Shown here: positions 9,038 to 17,311 of the stretch, piece by piece
Layout of the letters: every line of letters starts with the position of its first letter
Position numbering within the stretch: position 1 is the first letter of the stretch
NCBI RefSeq assembly: GCF_000020025.1
Contig: NC_010628.1
Location: 7,920,001 to 7,952,000 of the forward strand
Source: Nostoc punctiforme PCC 73102
Lineage (GTDB): Bacteria > Cyanobacteriota > Cyanobacteriia > Cyanobacteriales > Nostocaceae
DNA: 32,000 nt
Direction of reading: 5' to 3'
Made by a program: the position numbers and the translations under genes
The notes under the pieces: model-generated
Told to the model about the DNA's origin: nothing
What the model saw: only the letters and a program-made list of their open reading frames with translations
Databases searched by the model: none

Positions 9038-10546
9038 ATAATCATTACCATCGCCACCATTTAGCAAGTTATTCTTATACGAATTTTCAACAGTCAAGCG
9101 ATCGTTACCTGTACCACCATCGAGATTATTGGTACTAAATGAAGAGTTAGCATTTAAGGTGTCATTACCCGTACCACCCTTCAAAGTAAAAAAGGTGTTA
9201 TCGAAATGGAAGCTAGCGCCAGCAGCAGATAGATAATCATCTCTATCGCCACCATCTAGTATATTCGTACCAGATGAATAGTCTGCATAAATGAAATCGT
9301 TACCTACACCACCATTCAAGAAGTTACCACCATAGGTAGCTTTAGCATTTAAGGTGTCATTACCTACACCACCATTCAGGGTATTACTCCTGCCAAAGAC
9401 ACTAGAGTAGCTATTAGCAATGGATAAATAATCATTGCCATCGCCACCATCTAGTAGGCTCGTTCCACCTGTAGCTTCTGCATATAAAAAGTCGTTACCT
9501 GTACCACCATAGGCAGTATTAGTATTACGTGAATTGTCGTTAATACGTAAGATGTCATTGCCTGCACCGCCTTTGAGGGTGTCATTTCCACCATTACCGC
9601 CGTTGAGTGTATCGTCGCCATTGCTGCCTACAATATTGTCGTCATAGGCTGTACCCTTAACCTCTAATCGTTCGATATTTTTGTAGCGGACTTGATTTGT
9701 GTCAGCAGTAATTAAACCTTGGTTAGTGGTAGGGTTGTATGTTGAGGTAATGCTAGCGATCGCATTACTATAGTCAATGTACAAGTAATCATTACCTGTT
9801 CCTCCATCAACTGTTTGAGTTACCAAGGAATAGAGAACAGTTTCTGGGCTACTAATATAGAAAGAGTCATCACCACTATCACCATTGAGAGTGTTAGCAC
9901 CCTGAACTCCATAGGCATAAAAAGTGTCTGCTCCGTTTCCACCTGAAACTGTATTCTTGCCTTTCCATTGATAATTAATGTCAAGGGTATCATTTCCATC
10001 ACCTCCGTCGAGAACATTATTACCAGCAGACAAATCAGCTGCAATATAATCATTTCCGGTTCCACCCCGAAGGGTATTGTTTCCTACGGCGTAGCGAGCA
10101 GAAAGACGATCATCCTCAGAGCCACCATCTAAAATATTTTTTCCATAAGAGAAGGAAATATCTAAGGTATCGTTTCCACTTCCACCCTTAAGGGTGTTAT
10201 TTCCAGTCGAGCTATAAACGTAAAGTTCATCATTTCCCGCCCCACCATCTAAAAGGTTGTTCCCAGAGGAGTTGGCGGCATAGAAGGAATCATTACCTGC
10301 TTCACCATATAGACTATTATTACCCTCTTCTCCGTTTAAATAGTCATTACCTAAGCCACCATAAAGATAGTCATCACCTAAACCTCCATAGAGTTTGTCA
10401 TTATCCTCATCACCATAAAGATAGTCATTACCTAAACCTCCATAGAGGTTGTCGTCTCCCGCAAATCCTATGACGGTATCATTCTCATTACCACCATAAA
10501 GAAAATCAAGGTAATTTTTATTATCTGTACCCTTGATAATTGCCAC
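8990..10546 (-). pseudogene. N-terminal 503 codons (9038..10546) of the RTX-type calcium-binding repeat protein, fused to 15 IS-derived codons and a stop.
   Basis: Dozens of GGxGNDxL/Y repeats. GTG start at 10546. The reading frame runs into the IS end (..GNDY|LKGGQAPESLCAVLS*). Confidence 0.8.
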
Positions 10547-10818
10547 AAATTTAGTTCCCTTGAAATCAAAGTTTTATACACTTTTTAAGTTTTCAATTTG
10601 CATTTAGTGCTGTTGTAATGCACTAAATGATTACCGAAAGTTTGCACCATCGGCGGGCTTTGTGTCGCTATGAGGCGGCACCATTTCTGTATGAAGATTG
10701 ACCCAGTTGATGGGTTTACTGGTAATACTTTAATAGTTGTCTAACGTTTTTCAGAAATATCTCTAGCCTTGGGAACTGCACACGTTAGAGCAATAAATCA
10801 TCTCAGGCTCTTATTAAT

Positions 10819-12036
10819 GGGAGCATCCCAGTTTTTATTTAGTGAGCAAAGATTAATCCATTAAGATAAGCTCTGGCGTTGAGCTAAGACTTGAGGAACG
10901 TTATCAGATTTCCATTGTGCGCCAGAAATTTTGGTTCGACGGTCAATCTGTTTGACAGTAGACTCAATAGCACCAGAACCAATGGAACAGATTTGTTCTG
11001 CTTGATAATATTGGTAATTGACAATCCGGTGTCGATGTTTCTCAAGATAAGTACAGAAATTAAAAGCTTGTTTTAGCTGACAGTCAGCAAAGACAGCGAT
11101 AGCATCATCAACTTTTCCTTGCCAGAGAAGGATTTTAGCCTGATTGAGCCGTTGATTAGAACCGCCAATCTTGTGTAGGTTTTCCATCAGATGAAACCAA
11201 TCAAGTACTTCCCGACGCTGGTGTTCGGGAGCAAAATCGCGGACAATATTCCAAATACCGTCATGGCCATCGCCAAGACAGGTCAAGATAGGAGCAATTG
11301 ATTGGCTTTTGACCCAATCAATTACAAGACTATTTTCTTGAAATGAGGCAGCAATAGCTTGTTTTTCATGTAAGCAGGTAGCTTTATAACCCTTCCAATC
11401 ACAGACTTGTCCCTTGATTGTACGAATGCGTATATTTCCTCCATCCACACTCAATTCTTCCACAGTTGATTCTACTTGCGGTAATTCAAAATTTTGACGA
11501 TGCACTAATCGTTGCTGCACACTTTTTGATACTTCTACACCAGTTAAATATTCAATATCTTCTGCCGCACGTTGATACGATACCGACGCGCTGATTCGTA
11601 AGCAACAAGCTTCTAAATATGGACTCAATTGATTATGGGGTCTAATTTCTAGCTTTTGTGCTTGAGAGTTTGTAATTGGCAGTTCTCCAATAATACTTTT
11701 TATTTTTCGTTTGTATCCTCTGCTTTCTCCTGTGGCATTTTCGATAAAAAAACCCTACTTCTGGCATTACATGCTTCCGCATTTGAGAGCGTACTACTTC
11801 TTCTATTTTTGCCAAACTTGTGAGTTGCTCACCCGTAGTACTTTTGTACAGTATCTTTGCTATTGCACGAGAATATTCTTTTATCTGTTGTTCTTCTTCA
11901 GGAGTCATTGATACACCTAGTCTTGATGACTTTATTATCCCTTCCTGATATCCCCTTACTTCCTGACTTCCGTTTTCTGTAACAATCCTTCCCTGTTATT
12001 TATTTGTTTTGGAATAATAAAAACTGGGATGCACCC
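10819..12036 (-). mobile_element. ISKra4-like insertion sequence (about 1.22 kb).
   Basis: 21-nt terminal inverted repeats GGG[A/T]GCATCCCAGTTTTTATT at 10819..10839 and, complemented, at 12016..12036, with 1 mismatch. Flanked by the direct repeat CTTATTAAT at 10810..10818 and 12037..12045. Confidence 0.8.
10861..11908 (-). pseudogene. ISKra4-family transposase split into two ORFs (88 aa + 255 aa) by a 1-nt frame change at a T7 run (plus-strand A7 at 11746..11752).
   Basis: The N-terminus MTPEEEQQIKEYSRAIAKILY and the segment ...SPYLEACCLRISASVSYQRAAEDIEYLTG are typical of this family (from memory). Removing one T restores one continuous ORF of about 348 aa (..EVGFFIENATGESRGYKRKIKSIIGELPITNSQAQKLEIRPHNQLSPYLE..). 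Confidence 0.7.
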
Positions 12037-12561
12037 CTTATTAATGCTCTTTGGAGTCAATACTAATTTTGCCAAATATGTCAAACAATTAATGGCGTTA
12101 AATCTGCCTGGGAAGCTATAAGGCTTCAATTAATAGGTTATCATCCTGCCAGAAGAGCACATTTTCTTTGACACTAAACTTTACTTTCTTCTACCCAAAT
12201 ATTTGCCCCTTTAAAAACTCAAGGTTTCAAAATGGACAAGGTTTATATACATGATGAGCTAGACTGTCATGTATAACTTGGGATAATAGATCAATATTTA
12301 GGCACTAGATAAAAGCCTCAAGTACCACTACGTACAGAAGATGAGAAATTTGAAACTGATTATAGAAATTTACCGAAGCTGTTAAGATCGATTTGCCTAA
12401 TCGATGAAGCAAAGCATGGGATAAACTATTAGAAATAGCTGAGAAAAATTAAGTAACCAGAAGTGAAGTGATAGAAATTTTTGCTCGCGGTGGCGAATTA
12501 TATTAAGTGTTATCTCTAGGCTACTTAATATCTATGCACTTACCTCAGCGTGCCTCTGCAT

Positions 12562-12594
12562 TTAAAAAAGAAAAAAGGTGGGCATTACCCACCC
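12562..12594 (-). terminator. Rho-independent terminator of rtcB.
   Basis: The minus strand reads GGGTGGG-TAATG-CCCACC followed by TTTTTTCTTTTTT, beginning 9 nt after the rtcB stop codon. Confidence 0.8.
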
Positions 12595-12602
12595 GACATA
12601 AT

Positions 12603-14750
12603 TTATCCTTTAACACAAAGAACTTGCTTTAGTGTTGCTACAACTTCAACTAAATCTGCTTGATTTGCCATCACTTGTTCTATTGGCTTATAAGCACCTG
12701 GTATTTCATCTAGTACACCCTCATCTTTGCGGCATTCTACACCATTTGTTTGCTCTATCAAATCATCAAGTGTGTAGACATTTTTTGCCTTATTTCTAGA
12801 CATTAAACGCCCCGCGCCGTGGGAACAAGAACAGAAACTATGAGCATTACCTTTACCCTTAACAATGAAAGACTTTGCTCCCATCGAACCAGGAATAATC
12901 CCATAATCTTCAGTCTGAGCCCGAACTGCACCCTTACGAGTAACGTATACATCCTCGTCAAAATGCACTTCTTTTTCGGCGTAATTGTGATGACAATTAA
13001 CTTGCAATAAAGGTTTAGTTGCTTTCCCGCCTACTAAATGTTTTTCAACTATGTGCTTAAAACGCGCCATCATCACATCGCGGTTGACACGCGCATAGTT
13101 TTGTGACCATTGCAAATCATGCCAATATGCCTGGAATTCTCGCGTACCAGCGACAAAGTGAGCCAAATCAGGGTCAGGTAATTTATTACCTGCCATTTTT
13201 GCTAATTCTCTGGCTGTGTAAATATGACACTGGGCGAGTTTATTGCCGATGTTACGCGAACCTGAATGCAGCATCAGCCAAACTTGATTCTCTGTATCGA
13301 GGCACACTTCAATAAAGTGATTTCCTCCACCGAGAGAACCCATCTGTTTCATTGCTTTACCTTGTAGGTCTTGCACACCGCGATGCAAGTCTTTAAAATC
13401 ATCCCAGTGTTGCCAGTTACTGACGGATTTTTCAACGTCTTTATTTTCGTTGAATCCAGTCGGAATTGCTGCTTCAATATCCAGGCGGATTTTCTTGAGT
13501 TTACCTTCTAGTTGTTCGGCGGTAAATGATGTTTTGATAGCACTCATCCCGCAGTTATGAACAAATACTCCGGCTTTCAGGGCGAAATTATGGTACTCCG
13601 GTACTGTTAGACAGTAAACATCCTCTGTGTAATTTAGTAGATTTACTGCTACAACCTTGTGATTGCATTGATGTTCTTTTCTGCGGTGATTGTGGAGTCC
13701 AATTGGAGTTTTGACATCTACACCACAAATCTCACAGGTATAGTATCGGTTAGCAATCTCTTGAGACTTTCCTCTCCCTTTTTCAGTCTTGTTATATTCA
13801 ACTAGATATTGTTTACCCCGATTACCATTACCTGCGACTGCATTTTTAAAATGCTCTGGTTGCTGTTCCATGTATTGAAAGATATTCCTAGTTCCCCGTT
13901 CAGCATAGTATTGGTATCCTTCTGAAGTTTTTGCTTTTTGAGCAAGGGAAGCAACTCTTTTTTCTTCAAATTCGGCAGAATGCCAGTGTTGGTTACGCTC
14001 CACTAGAGAGCGGTGGTAAGCAGAATGATCGCGATTACCCATGAATTCAAGATTTTCTGGTCGATTATCAGATTCATCGAAATTCTGATGATGAATAAAT
14101 GTTTTCTGTCCCTCAAATCTAGGAACCTTGCCTAGTAACCCAGATCTGGCAATAATCCAGTGTGCTTTTTGCCATCTGCTGGAGTATGGCTGAGTAATCA
14201 GGGTGTAGCCATCTTTGTCAGTCTTGGAGTAAAAGGGCATTAAGGAAGTCTCTGCTTGAAGTAACTGAGCTTCTTTATAGGTTCCGTCCCGAAGCATGAA
14301 TTGGTGATCGGGAGTACAAATAATTTCTTCACCGTTATCCAGAATCACTTTCACGAGTGGAGCATTCCGTCTAGTCAACTTAGCAGTTGCTTGAGCCGCA
14401 ACGATTTTTCCTGTTGGCGTACAAGCATAAACAATAAACTCTGTACCCCAATCCATTAGGTCTTTAATACGATAAGATTTACCATCCGCTAGAGGAATTA
14501 AGGTATCTCCTATGAAGCAACCAATATCTACACCGACAGCAGCAGGGATAATTGCCTCTTTGGTTGCAATTACAGAACCAACTAAAGCACCTTTGCCTAA
14601 GTGGACATCTGGCATTAAGGCCACGTGCTTAAACACAAATGGTAAGGATGCCACATTTTTTGCCATCTTAGTTTCTTCTGGGCCCAAAGAGTGATTTGCC
14701 CAAGATAAAACGGGTGCTGGTGTGGTAATTTCTAACTTTTCGTAGGGCAT
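12603..14750 (-). CDS. rtcB: RNA-splicing ligase RtcB precursor containing an intein. The predicted mature RtcB is 393 aa.
   Basis: Collinear with bacterial RtcB: FVFKHVALMPDVHLGKG, IIPAAVGVDIG|...|CGMSAIK, GGGNHFIE, HSGSRN, CHHNY, GSMG, SCSHGAGR, and the C-terminal LKQVLCVKG. It is interrupted by 322 extra residues. Confidence 0.9.
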   Translation of the reverse strand: MPYEKLEITTPAPVLSWANHSLGPEETKMAKNVASLPFVFKHVALMPDVHLGKGALVGSVIATKEAIIPAAVGVDIGCFIGDTLIPLADGKSYRIKDLMDWGTEFIVYACTPTGKIVAAQATAKLTRRNAPLVKVILDNGEEIICTPDHQFMLRDGTYKEAQLLQAETSLMPFYSKTDKDGYTLITQPYSSRWQKAHWIIARSGLLGKVPRFEGQKTFIHHQNFDESDNRPENLEFMGNRDHSAYHRSLVERNQHWHSAEFEEKRVASLAQKAKTSEGYQYYAERGTRNIFQYMEQQPEHFKNAVAGNGNRGKQYLVEYNKTEKGRGKSQEIANRYYTCEICGVDVKTPIGLHNHRRKEHQCNHKVVAVNLLNYTEDVYCLTVPEYHNFALKAGVFVHNCGMSAIKTSFTAEQLEGKLKKIRLDIEAAIPTGFNENKDVEKSVSNWQHWDDFKDLHRGVQDLQGKAMKQMGSLGGGNHFIEVCLDTENQVWLMLHSGSRNIGNKLAQCHIYTARELAKMAGNKLPDPDLAHFVAGTREFQAYWHDLQWSQNYARVNRDVMMARFKHIVEKHLVGGKATKPLLQVNCHHNYAEKEVHFDEDVYVTRKGAVRAQTEDYGIIPGSMGAKSFIVKGKGNAHSFCSCSHGAGRLMSRNKAKNVYTLDDLIEQTNGVECRKDEGVLDEIPGAYKPIEQVMANQADLVEVVATLKQVLCVKG
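13554..14519 (-). other. Intein (322 aa, residues 78..399 of the precursor) with a nested HNH-type endonuclease and a CxxC...HxH zinc-finger-like motif.
   Basis: Cys1 (CFIGDTLIPLADG, block A), CTPDHQF (block B TxxH), VYCLTVPEYHNFAL (block F), VFVHN followed by the +1 Cys (block G). HNH motif IHHQNFDESDNRPENLEFMGNRDHSAYH at about 14010..14099. CEICGVDVKTPIGLHNHRRKEH at about 13659..13745. Confidence 0.85.
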
Positions 14751-15123
14751 AATTTATTCTATTTTGGATTTTAAATTTTAGATTTTGGATTAGGTCTATG
14801 TACTGATAATTTATCTAGTAATTTTTAGGGTTTTTAGTAAACACTAAATTCATTACTACTAACATACTTACCCATAAATTTAAACTTTACATACTACTTA
14901 GTTGTAGCAATTTAAATGCTTATTGTCTTTCATTTAACTCGTTCAGTCTTCGTGAAGCTGAAGAACTACTTTTAGGGAGTAGCATATTTATACTACAAAT
15001 GTAACTTATACGATTACAAGCGTCAAGTCCATACCACAGAGAGAAAACAGATGTTTCCTAAATATATTAAAATTTGTAAAGAAAATTACTCTGTTAAATA
15101 ACTCCTTAAACTTCTGACACAAT

Positions 15124-16011
15124 ATGGCAGTCCGTCAAGATACAATCTGGGAACGTTTTTTATCTCCTGTAATGCGTCTTTTGATTGATGAAGAAGGCTT
15201 ACGGCGTTACGCTGATAGTATAGATTGGGAGAAAGAGGGCGATCGCTTCCGGCGAGATGATGTCATAATTCCCTCGTACTACAGTAGTCAAAACTTTCAC
15301 GGGATTACAGGCGGCTATCTCACTTACAATGCAGCAGTTAGTTACGATCCGATTACCCAATATGTTGTGCCGCCTAATGAAACTATTGTCCGTCAAGCCT
15401 TAATTGATGCTGTTAAGGTAAAACCACGACGCATACTTGATTTAGGTTGTGGCACAGGTTCCACTACTTTAATGTTAAAACGGGCTTTTCCCGAAGCCGA
15501 AGTTATTGGTTTGGATTTATCACCCTATATGCTGGTAAGGGCAGAAGATAAAGCTAGAAATTCTGGGTTAGAGATAGTCTGGCGACACGGAAATGCGGAA
15601 AAAACCAGTTTCAGAGATGCAACATTTGACTTAGTGACAGCCTCTTTGCTATTCCACGAAACTCCAAATGAGGTGTCCTTAGCAATTTTGCAGGAAAGCT
15701 TTCGGTTGCTAGTAACTGGAGGGCAAGTCCTAATTCTAGATGGAAATCAAAAGACTCTGCGGCAGTTAGAATGGCTTAATGATGTTTTTGAAGAGCCATA
15801 TATTCGTGAGTATGCTGCTGGTAGTATAGAGGCGAATATGGGTGCGGCCGGATTTGAAGCCGTGCGATCGCAGGATGTATGGTGGATAAATCAGGTAACT
15901 GGCGGCGTTAAACCGATCGCAACTGAAAATGTCCGTCGTTATACTCCCACATCAGTAGATAATAATGATTTGGAGGGACTTGGATCTCCCGCATTTGGCA
16001 TAATCGCATGA
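15124..16011 (+). CDS. Class I SAM-dependent methyltransferase (295 aa), substrate unknown.
   Basis: SAM-binding motif I ILDLGCGTG, followed by the acidic loop VIGLDLS and motif FDLVTASLLFHE. Confidence 0.8.
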   Translation: MAVRQDTIWERFLSPVMRLLIDEEGLRRYADSIDWEKEGDRFRRDDVIIPSYYSSQNFHGITGGYLTYNAAVSYDPITQYVVPPNETIVRQALIDAVKVKPRRILDLGCGTGSTTLMLKRAFPEAEVIGLDLSPYMLVRAEDKARNSGLEIVWRHGNAEKTSFRDATFDLVTASLLFHETPNEVSLAILQESFRLLVTGGQVLILDGNQKTLRQLEWLNDVFEEPYIREYAAGSIEANMGAAGFEAVRSQDVWWINQVTGGVKPIATENVRRYTPTSVDNNDLEGLGSPAFGIIA

Positions 16012-16736
16012 GTTTAAAGGCAGTTCTCTTTGATTTCAATGGTGTCATCATTAACGATGAGCCAATCCACCTACAACTGATCGATGAGATTCTCATTGAA
16101 GAAAATCTCCAACCCCAAAAGGTGAGTGAGCGTCAAGCTTCTCTTGGACGTAGCGATCGCGCTTGTTTTCAGCAACTACTCGCTAATCGTGGTAGAGTCG
16201 CTAACGAAAACTACTTAACTCAGTTGTTGTACCGCAAAGCCCAAGCTTATACGGTGGAGTTAGAGAAAATAGAGAAACTGCCTTTATATCCAGGTGTAGA
16301 AGACTTAATATATCAGGTGCGATCGCGGAATTTGAAATTAGGATTAGTCAGTGGCGCTCTTCGCCAAGAAATAGAATTGGTACTCCATCGTGCCAAACTA
16401 GACCAACATTTTAAAATTATCGTTGCGGGCGATGACATAACCACCAGTAAACCAGAACCTGATGGTTATTTACTGGCAGTAAAATGCCTAAATAAAGAAT
16501 ATCCTGAATTAAACCTTCAACCACAAGAGTGTCTGGCAATTGAAGATACCCCCGCAGGTATTGCCGCAGCGAAGCGATCGCAGATGCAGGTTGTTGGTGT
16601 AGCGAATACTTACCCATTCCACATGCTTCAGCGCTGCTGTAATTGGACTGTTGATTATCTCAGTGATTTAGAACTGGAACGCGTGCAGAAGATTTATTCT
16701 CAAAAAGAGCCTCAGCCATCGGCAACTGAATGTTAG
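16008..16736 (+). CDS. HAD-superfamily hydrolase (beta-phosphoglucomutase/phosphatase-like subfamily IA) with an atypical D-x-N motif I.
   Basis: Motif I VLFDFNGVI, motif II LVSGA, motif III K at TSKPEPDGY, motif IV EDTPAGIAAAK. Its start overlaps the upstream stop (ATGA at 16008..16011). Confidence 0.8.
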   Translation: MSLKAVLFDFNGVIINDEPIHLQLIDEILIEENLQPQKVSERQASLGRSDRACFQQLLANRGRVANENYLTQLLYRKAQAYTVELEKIEKLPLYPGVEDLIYQVRSRNLKLGLVSGALRQEIELVLHRAKLDQHFKIIVAGDDITTSKPEPDGYLLAVKCLNKEYPELNLQPQECLAIEDTPAGIAAAKRSQMQVVGVANTYPFHMLQRCCNWTVDYLSDLELERVQKIYSQKEPQPSATEC

Positions 16737-16801
16737 AATACTCTATGGTGATAGTCTATTGAGTTAATGAGTAATATTACTCTTGACTTAGCAACGATTC
16801 A

Positions 16802-16874
16802 GGGGAATTAGCTCAGTTGGTAGAGCGCTGCGATCGCACCGCAGAGGCCATCGGTTCAAATCCGTTATTCTCCA
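16802..16874 (+). tRNA. tRNA-Ala (anticodon CGC), no encoded CCA.
   Basis: Cloverleaf folded by hand: acceptor GGGGAAT/ATTCTCC with the G3:U70 alanine identity pair, D arm GCTC/GAGC, anticodon arm CTGCG-AUCGCAC-CGCAG, T loop TTCAAAT. There is one U:U mismatch in the T stem. Confidence 0.9.
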
Positions 16875-17311
16875 TTTGGATATTCGCAAATTAAATGTCG
16901 CAATTCGCTAATTAAAGTTAGATAAGAATGATAAAGGTGCGTAGGGGAAAAGGGGAGCGTCGTCGCCTTTGCCAATATACCAGGCGATTAGAAATCGCCG
17001 CTACATAAACGAACGCTTAGGATCGCTCCTTTCCTGGAAATTTGGTAAGGTACAACCGCCGATGTTGGGGTAACTCAATTGACGTTCCCCATCCTGTAGA
17101 GAGATGAGAGATTACGGTAATTTAAGATAAAGTCGTCGAAATAGTGTAAATGGAAGCAAGATCGATATCAACCTGCTTCACTCAATTGATAATGACGAAT
17201 ATATAGTTTGCCGAACCACTTAGATTACCATCAAACCACTGTGATAGAGCGGGTTGAAGCATAGAGAAAATTGTTATCGAAAAAGACGTTTATTGTTTGA
17301 GGAAACCTCCT

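Noticed and set aside
11740-11760. Programmed -1 ribosomal frameshift in the ISKra4-like transposase.
   Set aside because: Joining the two frames needs a +1 shift (loss of one T from the T7 run), not -1, and no downstream structure is evident. A mutation or homopolymer read error is the simpler explanation.
14751-15123. RtcB partner elements upstream of rtcB (rtcA, rtcR, archease, Ro/Y-RNA-like ncRNA).
   Set aside because: The 373-bp region is AT-rich with no ORF and no convincing conserved RNA structure. The flanking genes are unrelated (a methyltransferase and an IS).
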